Counted from the first letter of the stretch, positions 1 to 8,885 are shown. The stretch is DNA of 22,408 nucleotides from Elusimicrobiales bacterium (GCA_049972095.1 JBMFKQ010000028.1:1-22408), one strand, 5' to 3'. A program made the numbers and translations. Notes: generated by a model not told the origin, from the letters alone.

Positions 1-24
1 AAATACAAATCTATTCTTCTTCAT
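1..24 (-). CDS. 5' end of a CDS running off the left edge (MKKNRFVF...), probably an exported protein
   Basis: ATG at 24-22 on minus, GGAGGGGG SD at 38-31, promoter upstream; MKK start is signal-peptide-like; only 8 codons visible. Confidence 0.6.
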
Positions 25-68
25 AAGATTCCCCCTCCGATAATACGGAAAAAGGACTTCACGAGTAA

Positions 69-97
69 ATTATAATACAACAGGTTGAGAAAATCAA
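69..97 (-). promoter_or_regulatory. sigma70-type promoter TTGATT-N17-TATAAT
   Basis: -35 at 97-92 and -10 at 74-69, upstream of the partial CDS. Confidence 0.6.
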
Positions 98-117
98 TAG
101 CACGTAAGATCTCCATA

Positions 118-150
118 CCTGCCTGCGCCGTGCTCGTCGTGGCAGGCAGG
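118..150. repeat. GC-rich REP-like palindrome CCTGCCTGC-N15-GCAGGCAGG
   Basis: Perfect 9-bp inverted repeat (118-126 / 142-150) in very AT-rich intergenic DNA. Confidence 0.6.
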
Positions 151-330
151 CATTTTGGAATTTTCTGGTGTTAATTCTTTGTTTTCTATTTTCTCTTTAA
201 TTAAATATTCCATCGGTGTCATCTCTATACTCTTATGATACCTCTCTACATTATACTATATTAACCAATCCATTAACTCTCAACGCATTATATGGTTTTA
301 TATATCATTAAATCAATTTTATTAAAATAA

Positions 331-948
331 TCAAAATCTGTATTTTAAATTTCCATATACTGCTAAATCATCTCTTTTAGACAATAACAAGTTGGTATCT
401 ACATTCTTTGAGATAGGTAAATCCAATAATTCTAAACTCTTCATTTTTTCGCCCGCCTCAGAAATATCACTATGTATAAGGAAAGAAAATATGAAAGATG
501 CTGCTACTCCCATAAATATAGAACCTTCATCTCTTGATATTGCACCGACAACAATGGCACCAATCCCTAACCACCAATATAACTCAACATTTTTTAGTTT
601 ACCTCCTGCTTCTTTAATCTGTGATATGTTTTTATTTATTTTACCTAAAAGTTCGGTATCTTTCTTATTCACAGATAAGTTTTTAATTTTATCATCAACT
701 ATTTTACTTATAACCACCTTATCTACTTCACTTTGATTAGTTTCGTTTCTATTATCAACTATTTTATATATATCATCTAATTTAATTCTCTTCCACCAAT
801 TATCACCTCTTACTAAAAAGGTATCACTACTTTTTTCTATGATGATACCTTTTATTATACTTCCATCATTTAACCATATTTCATCAGAAAAGAGATTAAA
901 GCCTACAAACAGAAACAATATAATAAAAAACAATTTACTACTTTTCAT
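331..948 (-). CDS. hypothetical exported/membrane protein (205 aa)
   Basis: AGGAGG SD; signal peptide; DEIWLNDGSIIKGIIIE motif; two hydrophobic segments; C-terminal ...LKYRF. Confidence 0.75.
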   Translation of the reverse strand: MKSSKLFFIILFLFVGFNLFSDEIWLNDGSIIKGIIIEKSSDTFLVRGDNWWKRIKLDDIYKIVDNRNETNQSEVDKVVISKIVDDKIKNLSVNKKDTELLGKINKNISQIKEAGGKLKNVELYWWLGIGAIVVGAISRDEGSIFMGVAASFIFSFLIHSDISEAGEKMKSLELLDLPISKNVDTNLLLSKRDDLAVYGNLKYRF

Positions 949-1092
949 AATATACCTCCTGTTAAGTATTATACGATTTTTGGTGTCTATACATTATCTA
1001 AAAATATCAAAAACAAGAAAACAAAAATAAGAAAAAAATCCTATCTTCCCTATATAATCAAACCCTATCAAACACTGTAAAATCTATAAATT

Positions 1093-1133
1093 TCGCTTAC
1101 AAGGCGATTGCTCTACCGCTGAGCTACGTCGGC
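1093..1133 (-). pseudogene. 5' half of tRNA-Thr(TGT), truncated; probable att site of an integrated element
   Basis: Minus strand reads GCCGACG TA GCTC AGCGGTA GAGC A ATCGC CT TGT AA GCGA (acceptor 5' strand, D arm, anticodon arm). It then runs into AT-rich sequence with no T arm (GGTTC) and no acceptor 3' strand. Confidence 0.85.
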
Positions 1134-1142
1134 TTTTTATAC

Positions 1143-1148
1143 ATTATA
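1143..1148 (-). promoter_or_regulatory. -10 box (TATAAT) upstream of the tRNA-Thr half
   Basis: TGTATAAT 9 nt before tRNA position 1, the same arrangement as at tRNA-Gln (20762); no clear -35. Confidence 0.5.
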
Positions 1149-1183
1149 CAAAATTTTTAGACTCGGGCTTTTGTAAAAATATT

Positions 1184-1225
1184 TAAGGCCTCTCGCTTCC
1201 CTTGATATCCGGGTGAGAGGCCTTA
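1184..1225 (-). terminator. stem-loop, probable intrinsic terminator of the paralog pair
   Basis: 11-bp perfect stem TAAGGCCTCTC/GAGAGGCCTTA about 40 nt after the stop at 1264, followed by AATATTTTT on minus. Confidence 0.6.
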
Positions 1226-1263
1226 TACTATCTATATAGCAGATTTATTAAGTTTGTCAAGAT

Positions 1264-2082
1264 CTAAAACTTAATATCTTTTATTATCTCAACTTCAACA
1301 GGTTCAACCTTTATTGATCTTACATTATCTGGTGATTTTAGAAAAGGGCTTGCAATCTCCTCAATCTTTCCAGTGCCATCAACATAGTATATGGCCTTCT
1401 GTTGTAAATCTTTAATAGCAGTATGTATTGTCCATTTAAGCTGAACCTGCATCGCAGCAATTGGATCCTCATGTGTTCCAACATTTGTTATTGTTGAGTC
1501 AGGAACCTGAGCTGAAAGACTGACCTTATATCCCCATAATGTCTTAATACTTATCGGCTCAACAGTAACTCCTGTCAAAAATTTCCCCTTTCCCTGATAG
1601 TTTCCTCCATATATTGCATGGACCTGATATATTACCTTCACTACCTCAGCGCCATATCCATTTCTTGCAACAAATGAATATTTAACAGTTTTTGGTTTTG
1701 ACCATCCTTGAAGCTGCGTCCAGTGATTTATCCCATAAGGTATTGCGTTTGCATAGTTAATACTTATATCAACAACAGGTTGATTTTTCTCTATTATCTC
1801 CCATATCTTCTGAGCAAGATTAACTATCTTGTCAAGAGCATCAATTATCCCCTCTACATCTTTAAGTGTTGGGAAAAAATCCCCAGCAGTAGAAGAAGAT
1901 GACTCAACTGTTGATGGTGGTTTTGGAAGCTCATCTGGGGCTGGAACAGAATCTTTATCCATAATACTTGTTATTTTAACATCCGTTATTGTGAAGTATT
2001 TCTTATCAGCCTTCTTATCCCCTGCTATTGCATACACCGTTCCTATTACCAGTATTACTGCAACTGATATTATTTTTTTCAT
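1264..2082 (-). CDS. secreted hypothetical protein, paralog B (272 aa)
   Basis: GGAGG SD; signal peptide; low-complexity linker; amphipathic helix; beta-rich domain clearly homologous to 2093..2917. Confidence 0.85.
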   Translation of the reverse strand: MKKIISVAVILVIGTVYAIAGDKKADKKYFTITDVKITSIMDKDSVPAPDELPKPPSTVESSSSTAGDFFPTLKDVEGIIDALDKIVNLAQKIWEIIEKNQPVVDISINYANAIPYGINHWTQLQGWSKPKTVKYSFVARNGYGAEVVKVIYQVHAIYGGNYQGKGKFLTGVTVEPISIKTLWGYKVSLSAQVPDSTITNVGTHEDPIAAMQVQLKWTIHTAIKDLQQKAIYYVDGTGKIEEIASPFLKSPDNVRSIKVEPVEVEIIKDIKF

Positions 2083-2092
2083 ACCTAACCTC

Positions 2093-2917
2093 CTATTTTA
2101 AAGAGTTTTCATTTATGTTAGATAAACTAACCCTTGGTCTATCAAAAGGACTTGCCAGCTCCTGGAAGAATCCATCACCCTGTATATAATAAACAGCTGT
2201 GCCAACTATCTGTTTAATAATACTTGATGCTGACCAGAAAATCTTAAGCTGAAGAGCTGCTATAGGGTTTTGAGTAGTTCCAACATTTACAATTGTAATA
2301 TCCGGCACATATGCCTGCATATTGAATCTAAACCCAGCCATAACATCAACATTTACCGGTATAGCCCATACACCTGCCAGATACTTCCCCTTTCCTTTAT
2401 AGCTTCCACCATAAATATAAGTGATCTGATATGAAACTGAAATAACATCTATGCCATAAAGATTTTCGAAATAGAAAGAGACAAGATAACTTTTTGGCTT
2501 TGACCATCCACTGAGTTCCTGAGGACCTGAAACACCAGATGGAAGAGCTACAGCATATTTTGACTCAACATTAACAACAGGTTTGTTTGAAGCGATCATA
2601 TCCCAGAGTTTAGAAGCAAGATTTACTATCTTTTCTATTACTACAAGCTTTTCTATTACTACAAGAGAGTTTTTTTTGCCTTCCATCTGAGGGATCTTTA
2701 TATCTTTGGCTGGATTTATTTCTTTTATCTCAACCCTAACATTGTCTTTGAGTTTAAAGAAATCTGGATCCTTCTGGGCATAAGCTAAAGTATTCTTATC
2801 AAATCTGGCTGCTTGAATATTCTTAATTGTCTCATTTACTATATCCTCTGGGGTTGAAGCATATAGAGATAAACTTATACCTGCCAGGATAGTTGTGATT
2901 ATGGTTGTTTTTTTCAT
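2093..2917 (-). CDS. secreted hypothetical protein, paralog A (274 aa)
   Basis: Signal peptide (SLYA|ST); shares KIVNLA, GWSKPK, IYGGxYxGKGKxLxGV, VPDxTIxNVGT, PIAAxQ and ASPF motifs with paralog B. Confidence 0.85.
   Translation of the reverse strand: MKKTTIITTILAGISLSLYASTPEDIVNETIKNIQAARFDKNTLAYAQKDPDFFKLKDNVRVEIKEINPAKDIKIPQMEGKKNSLVVIEKLVVIEKIVNLASKLWDMIASNKPVVNVESKYAVALPSGVSGPQELSGWSKPKSYLVSFYFENLYGIDVISVSYQITYIYGGSYKGKGKYLAGVWAIPVNVDVMAGFRFNMQAYVPDITIVNVGTTQNPIAALQLKIFWSASSIIKQIVGTAVYYIQGDGFFQELASPFDRPRVSLSNINENSLK
2630..2665. repeat. perfect in-frame 18-bp tandem duplication (CTTTTCTATTACTACAAG x2 = LVVIEK x2)
   Basis: Read directly from the sequence. Confidence 0.9.
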
Positions 2918-2932
2918 ACACCCTCTATATAT

Positions 2933-2961
2933 GTTTTAACATCATAGCTGTTTTATGTCAA
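2933..2961 (-). promoter_or_regulatory. sigma70 promoter TTGACA-N17-TAAAAC with TGn extension
   Basis: -35 at 2961-2956 and -10 at 2938-2933, upstream of paralog A. Confidence 0.6.
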
Positions 2962-2984
2962 GAACAATAGACTATAAAAACTGT

Positions 2985-2999
2985 GGGACTTAGGTCCTA
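2985..2999. promoter_or_regulatory. palindromic motif GGAC-TTAG-GTCC, candidate transcription factor site
   Basis: Inverted repeat about 25 bp upstream of the -35; the TAGGACC half-site recurs twice at 12751-12810; overlaps the dedA stop codon. Confidence 0.45.
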
Positions 3000-3625
3000 G
3001 CTCTGTTTGTGATGTATTCCAATACAGTCGGAAGGATTGATATTATTATTATTGCAATTATTACATATGAAAAATTTCTTCTTACAAAATCAAGATTACC
3101 AAAAAAATATCCTGCACATAATAGAAAAACAACCCAAATTAAAGCCCCAGTTAGATTGTAGATCATAAATCTCATATATCCCATATCCCCAATGCCGGCA
3201 AGAAATGGAGCAAAGGTTCTTACAATAGGAATAAATCTTGCAATTATTATGGTTTTTCCACCGTATTTTTCATAAAAGCTATGAGTTCTATCAATGTATT
3301 CCTTTTTAAAGATAAAAGGATATTTTTTTACAGCCTTCTCCCCTAAAAATTTTCCTATGTGGTAATTAAAAGCATCACCAATAACAGCTGCGGTTAGTAT
3401 AACGGAGGCAGAGATATAAGGGTTTATAACCCCTCTCGCACTAAAAGCCCCACATGCAAAAAGAAGTGAATCGCCAGGGAAAAAAGGAGTTATAACCAAA
3501 CCTGTCTCACAGAATATTATGATGAAGAGTATAAGGTAAAACCATATTCCGGAATATGATATGACTAAATCAAGGTATCTGTCTATATGCAATATAAGAT
3601 CTAAAAATTTTAAAAGAATATCCAT
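2990..3625 (-). CDS. dedA: DedA family membrane protein
   Basis: Signatures IIFCETGLVITPFFPGDSLLF, GDAFNY, FYEKYGGKTIIIARFIPIVRTFAPFLAG. Confidence 0.95.
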   Translation of the reverse strand: MDILLKFLDLILHIDRYLDLVISYSGIWFYLILFIIIFCETGLVITPFFPGDSLLFACGAFSARGVINPYISASVILTAAVIGDAFNYHIGKFLGEKAVKKYPFIFKKEYIDRTHSFYEKYGGKTIIIARFIPIVRTFAPFLAGIGDMGYMRFMIYNLTGALIWVVFLLCAGYFFGNLDFVRRNFSYVIIAIIIISILPTVLEYITNRART

Positions 3626-3632
3626 AATCTTA

Positions 3633-6600
3633 TTAAAACTGAAGTATAAGATTTGTTCCTATTTGATAAGATATATAATCCTCTTGTTTTAGATATTTAT
3701 GCCAGAACCTTTGAAAAGAGGCATTTATACTAAGCCTTAGATTCTTTGTTGCCTCAACCTCAGCAGTTGATGTTAGAGAAAAAAGTCTGTTGTTATCGTT
3801 TACAGATATAGGGGATCTTCTTATGCTGTAGCTTGTATTTGTTGTCCATATTATTCTATTATCAAAGATTGTTTGGCGCATAAACGGAAGTTTAACATTC
3901 TTTGGCAGTTTCATATCAGCCCTTATAAGCACTGATGGAGTTATAACAGTGGTGTTTGTGATCACTATCCCAAGAGTTGAACGGGCAAAATCCTTTGAGT
4001 AATCCACCCTTGGTGTGAATCTGTAAGCTTTTACATCAAATAAGCCTTGCAGTGAAAATGTTTTTTTGTTAGTATATGATGTTATCTGATTGGCTATGAG
4101 GTTTTTTTTCTCACCTGTTTGATTTGAATACATCAGTGATGTATTGAGATAATTCATTAGTGTAAATCTGAGGTCAAAACCAAAATTTTTGTTCGTATCT
4201 TCTGTATTGTTGACAACCTCGGATATATTTTTTGAATACCTTATATTGGCTATCATATACCTTACCCATCTTGAAACTGAAAACATATCCTCAAGCTGGG
4301 ATATACTCAAAACAAAATCAGGAAGGGTTTTATTTTTTGTTCTTGTAAGAATACTAGTTGCATAACTATCCTGTTTTGAGTATGCGAAGTTGGATGTAAT
4401 GTTTATAGTCTCAAGCGCTTTTGCTCTGCCTAACAGATTCCAACCCTCAAATGGTTGTATTCTCATACCTGTAGAGTAACTATCTCTCATTGTTGCACTC
4501 TGTCTAATTGCAAAATCGGAGGAGGGCTCAAGTTTTTTTCTTATCCAAAGATATCTTTTCGAATCAAAACCCCTTTCAACATTATTCCACACATCCCCAT
4601 CCTGGAGCTGATAGTTTGAGGTTATGACCATTGTCCTTAATCCCTTTACACGAGGTGTTATCTCAGACATGCTTATATTTAGATTTATACCTCCATTTGC
4701 ATTTCTGGTTATATTTTTTATATCACCAACATTGTAAAATCGGCTTATCTGAGCGACTGTAAGTGTTGTGACGCTTATATTGTTGTTTTCGCTTGTTGTT
4801 ATGTTGTAGCTAATTGAGGGTCTAAGCCATCTGAAAATGGTTAAGTTTGAGTTAAATCCACTAGACTGCTGAAGATTCTTTGGATAGGAAAATGACTCAG
4901 AGTTACTGAAGGATCTTCTTTCGTATGTTTTTGATAATGAATAATTAGGGTTAAAATCAAAGAAATTAAGGATATTAAAGGTAAGTTTTGCTGTATACGA
5001 GTTTATTCTCTCATCACTATTATAATTAGAAGGAAGGTTTAAAAGAGATGAGTAGTTTGTTCTGTTGATTATGTATGTGTAGGATAAGGATGTATTTTTT
5101 GGAACAAGGGGGAAATTGAGGGGAGAGTTAAATGATGTTGAGGCAGAGTAGTTATGCTTTTCGTCTTTTCTGTTAAGAATATCATATTCTGTTGTGTTCC
5201 TTGAATAAGAGAGATCAACCTTTGGAATAAGACCTGGGGCAAAAGTCCCTCTTGCTGTTATGTCCTCATTTTTAACCCTTCCCTGCTGAAGGAGATTGAC
5301 AAGATTGTTATTGCCTGTGTTGTAGACATTTGGAGTTTGAGTTATCTTTCTTGAAAATGTGTAGCTTGTTGGGAAGAAAGAGGGTTTCATAAGTGTAAAA
5401 AATCCACTGTTCTCCTCAGAATCCTGATTTGTAATAGCACTTACAGGTGTTTGAAACATCCTATCAATATATCTGTGTTTACCTCCAAATGAAACAAAGC
5501 CGGGAATCTCAAAATTACCTTGAACCTTCCTTGCGCTTCCGACCTTCTTTATTGGTTTGGAGAGGAAAATATCATTGAGGTAAAGGCTCAAGTTGTGAGA
5601 TGAAGCATCATCAATATCAATGCCAACTATTATCTGGGCAACACTTTGAAGTGAAAAATTGCCCGATGTGGAGATTCTAATAGATGGGTCCATAGAAATC
5701 CATCTGTCAGCAAGCCCATCACCGTTTAGATCAAGTTGTTTTATCACAAACATTCTCCATCCTGTAAAGGAAAGAGGAATAGATAGTTTAAAATAGTTTG
5801 AAACATCACCCAACTTAAGATAAAGACTTGCAAAGCTATCAGGTGTCTTATTATAAACGAAAAATTTAAATTCTTTATGCTGAGATATATCTATAGGAAC
5901 TGAAAATCTTCTGTAAACATAAGATGTTGATGTGGATGTCCAGTTAGAAAAATCCAAGGCAATAGCCTGCTCCATAACATTGCTCTCACCACTCGATAGC
6001 TTCTGCTGACTGACACTTCCATAGAGTGTGTTATAAGCAGATGTTATCTCACCACCTGCGTTGAAAAGCGGGATATAACCTGGATTATCTATATTGTTAA
6101 TAGAATAAACATTGATACTTTCGCTTGCATTCGTTGAGAGACTTACATTCCATGTGTTTCCAACTACACTAAGGCGTGCAAGATATATCCTTCCTTTAAT
6201 TGGTGTGTTTGGAGTTTTTTTGAGAGATATTCTTGCAACCTTTATATTGGACCACCTATATGCTTCAGTGGAAGGGATAATAAGAGGGAAAACCCAGTTA
6301 TGCCAGCTGTCAAAGTTAATCTCATTTGTATTAAGAGATGATGTAATATCTGTAAAGTAGTTTCCAGCATAATAACCAAAATTACCACCTATTCCAGGAT
6401 TTCCTACATCAAGTTTGCCATTACCATCAAGATCCTGTGTATCTATTCTTCCATTGTTTTCTCCTATCCTTCTTGTCCCTCCCCCGATAGGTGCATAAAG
6501 CCATCCTTTATCTTCATCCGGTGATAGAACTCCATCACAGTTTATATCCTCAGTCTTTGGAGCATTGTATATAATGCGCCCATTGGAACACACAAGAGTA

Positions 6601-8885
6601 ACACCACCACTACCATCAGAGTCTTCATTTATCTCTCCAAGCGTTAAGTTTAAAAGAGGGCCATAATCAGTAGAGCTACCTTTAAGTGTTAACTCAATGG
6701 AGTTTTTCCTTGAGAAATCTATGCCAATCTTTGAAAAGACATAAACTATTGAGACCTCGCTTGAAACAGAAAAATCATAATCAATCTCAAGAATCTGCTG
6801 TTTTGAGTTATCCGGTGATGAGGGATTTATTGTTTTTTTCTCAACCTCAATAGTATTTGTGAAGATTGAGTCAGCATTTGATGGTACCCCCGATGGGTTT
6901 GATGCTATTAGCCAGAGGTTTTTATCAAGGGATGCTATATCCTCCTGCTTTGAGCTTTCCATATTATCTATTATGGCATTTTCATTTACATTTGGATTGA
7001 GAGCTGAACCTGCCACCTCAGCCGAAAGTGATGTCTTAAGTCCAAAGATATTCAGATCTCTCAGTGATGTATCTGCATCATAAACAAGTAGATTTGATAC
7101 TATATCAGTTATCTGAGGAGCCTTTGGCTGTTTGTTTGAGCTTTGATAGAGAAGGGTTGAACCAACAGAGAGATATCTTGAAAAATCATAAGATGCTCTA
7201 CCTCCAACCAGACTCTGATTAGAGCTTCCAAAGGGTGAAACCTCATAGTATATATCTATAATACTTTCGGGTGCTATGATCTCAGAGTTATAGAATGTCA
7301 AAAATCCTGAATCGTAGTCTATATAATAATCTTGATTCTTCACAAGTCTTTTACCATCAACCCTTATGACCTCAGAGTTAAGAACTATATTTGGTTCAAG
7401 ATAGAATGTATTTATTCTGTAATAAAACTCAATATGAATTATCCTTTTGGTAACAGGTGAGGCAGAGTATGTTTGCGGGTCAGGGGATGTTGGATCATTC
7501 TCAGATGTAAATGGTTTTTTGAGTTTAATTATCCCTTGTTCAAAATCAACCTCTATGGTGTCTGGATATTTCTGTGGTGGATTTAAGAAAGGGCCTATCT
7601 CCTGTCTATTAAGATTTTGAACCTTGAGTATAAAATTGCCAAGGCCATTATCTCTGACTATATTGGTCTGTCCTATTGAATAATAGGTCTTTATCTCATT
7701 CCTCCATCCTTTTTCTGAAGGATTTGATATGTAGATATCATTGTAGGATTTTAGAATTTTATACCTTCCACTTGAGTTTTCATCTCTCAACCAGCTACCA
7801 TTACTTTTTTGATAATCAATGATAACAACATCCTGAGGATTTAGACTTCTTGCAAAAACAATCTCACCGTTGTTATAATCTATTGTATAGTCAACACCTC
7901 TTGTAAGCAACTTAAACTTCCCTGTATAGGTCACAGATTGGGATGTTATATCATCAGCTGTAATTGATGATATAATAACTCCATCAATAGGTTGAGAGGT
8001 CTGCTGGTCTATATAAACCTTTTCACTACCTGGCTTTATTGGGAGAAATGATGTGCTTGAGAATGTTATATCGTAGTATTTTCTTCTTATGTATGAAGTG
8101 TCTGGTATATCCACAGTTCTAAATTGTGTGTTTCCCTTAAACTGTTTTGTTTTTGTTTGCCCTTTTGTCCTTGAGCCTATAATAGTTCCTTTAAACCTAC
8201 CTGTTTTCAAATCTGCTCTTATACCAAAAAGCTGTTTGTTGTAAGAAACAAACTCTGTTGAGGGAAGAGAAAGATCTATATCACCAAAGGATACATTCTG
8301 AACAACCTCCTGAGGCTCACCTTGATAAACTATGGAGATATCCTGCTTATCTGACTTAGTATCATCATAATCAACATTAACTGTTATCTTATTACCAATC
8401 CTTCCTTGCATTCTGAGCTGAAGCTGCTGTGTTATATCAAGATTGGAAGTAGATTGGTTTCTTATGTTTGCTGTCTGTGGGTTTATATATTTTTTGCCTG
8501 AATAATTAAGAGATATAACCTTTCTTCCGCTAACATTCAAGGATGTACCACTGTCAAGAAACTCAATCTGAGGTCCAAGGGTTGGCAACGATGTGTCAAT
8601 CTCAACAGTGCTATTCAAGGTAGGAGGTGTGCTGTAGACTATATCACCTTTTTCAACTTTTTCCAAAAACTTATTCCATTCATCTTGTGAAAAGCCTATA
8701 CCTGACTCCTTTTTTAAAACATTCAATTTTTTATCCTCCTTTTTGACATCGCTCACATCTATATATGAGGTTGAAGCACAGAGTATATCATCATAGGAGG
8801 ATAGACTTTCTATAAAATCATTGAAATCAAAGGAAAAAAGATTTTGGCAAAAAAAAATATATAAAACAAGAATTAATAGCATCAT
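3633..8885 (-). CDS. SprA/Sov-like giant outer-membrane beta-barrel (type IX secretion translocon homolog), 1750 aa
   Basis: SprA-type motifs QQLQLRMQGRIGNKITVNVDYDD, FGDIDLSLPSTEF...QLFGIRADLKTG, LTRGVDYTIDYNNG / LVKNQDYYIDYDSG, LGEINED...TEDIN; signal peptide; amphipathic beta-strand C-terminal part; terminal Phe (beta-signal). Confidence 0.75.
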   Translation of the reverse strand: MMLLILVLYIFFCQNLFSFDFNDFIESLSSYDDILCASTSYIDVSDVKKEDKKLNVLKKESGIGFSQDEWNKFLEKVEKGDIVYSTPPTLNSTVEIDTSLPTLGPQIEFLDSGTSLNVSGRKVISLNYSGKKYINPQTANIRNQSTSNLDITQQLQLRMQGRIGNKITVNVDYDDTKSDKQDISIVYQGEPQEVVQNVSFGDIDLSLPSTEFVSYNKQLFGIRADLKTGRFKGTIIGSRTKGQTKTKQFKGNTQFRTVDIPDTSYIRRKYYDITFSSTSFLPIKPGSEKVYIDQQTSQPIDGVIISSITADDITSQSVTYTGKFKLLTRGVDYTIDYNNGEIVFARSLNPQDVVIIDYQKSNGSWLRDENSSGRYKILKSYNDIYISNPSEKGWRNEIKTYYSIGQTNIVRDNGLGNFILKVQNLNRQEIGPFLNPPQKYPDTIEVDFEQGIIKLKKPFTSENDPTSPDPQTYSASPVTKRIIHIEFYYRINTFYLEPNIVLNSEVIRVDGKRLVKNQDYYIDYDSGFLTFYNSEIIAPESIIDIYYEVSPFGSSNQSLVGGRASYDFSRYLSVGSTLLYQSSNKQPKAPQITDIVSNLLVYDADTSLRDLNIFGLKTSLSAEVAGSALNPNVNENAIIDNMESSKQEDIASLDKNLWLIASNPSGVPSNADSIFTNTIEVEKKTINPSSPDNSKQQILEIDYDFSVSSEVSIVYVFSKIGIDFSRKNSIELTLKGSSTDYGPLLNLTLGEINEDSDGSGGVTLVCSNGRIIYNAPKTEDINCDGVLSPDEDKGWLYAPIGGGTRRIGENNGRIDTQDLDGNGKLDVGNPGIGGNFGYYAGNYFTDITSSLNTNEINFDSWHNWVFPLIIPSTEAYRWSNIKVARISLKKTPNTPIKGRIYLARLSVVGNTWNVSLSTNASESINVYSINNIDNPGYIPLFNAGGEITSAYNTLYGSVSQQKLSSGESNVMEQAIALDFSNWTSTSTSYVYRRFSVPIDISQHKEFKFFVYNKTPDSFASLYLKLGDVSNYFKLSIPLSFTGWRMFVIKQLDLNGDGLADRWISMDPSIRISTSGNFSLQSVAQIIVGIDIDDASSHNLSLYLNDIFLSKPIKKVGSARKVQGNFEIPGFVSFGGKHRYIDRMFQTPVSAITNQDSEENSGFFTLMKPSFFPTSYTFSRKITQTPNVYNTGNNNLVNLLQQGRVKNEDITARGTFAPGLIPKVDLSYSRNTTEYDILNRKDEKHNYSASTSFNSPLNFPLVPKNTSLSYTYIINRTNYSSLLNLPSNYNSDERINSYTAKLTFNILNFFDFNPNYSLSKTYERRSFSNSESFSYPKNLQQSSGFNSNLTIFRWLRPSISYNITTSENNNISVTTLTVAQISRFYNVGDIKNITRNANGGINLNISMSEITPRVKGLRTMVITSNYQLQDGDVWNNVERGFDSKRYLWIRKKLEPSSDFAIRQSATMRDSYSTGMRIQPFEGWNLLGRAKALETINITSNFAYSKQDSYATSILTRTKNKTLPDFVLSISQLEDMFSVSRWVRYMIANIRYSKNISEVVNNTEDTNKNFGFDLRFTLMNYLNTSLMYSNQTGEKKNLIANQITSYTNKKTFSLQGLFDVKAYRFTPRVDYSKDFARSTLGIVITNTTVITPSVLIRADMKLPKNVKLPFMRQTIFDNRIIWTTNTSYSIRRSPISVNDNNRLFSLTSTAEVEATKNLRLSINASFQRFWHKYLKQEDYISYQIGTNLILQF

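Noticed and set aside
1093..1133. Intron-containing tRNA-Thr
   Set aside because: The break is after the anticodon stem rather than in the loop, and the following DNA is AT-rich with ordinary genes and no group I/II intron features or 3' exon.
1184..1225. Hairpin as SRP (4.5S) RNA
   Set aside because: Lacks the CAGG...GNRA...AGCA domain IV motif and is too short.
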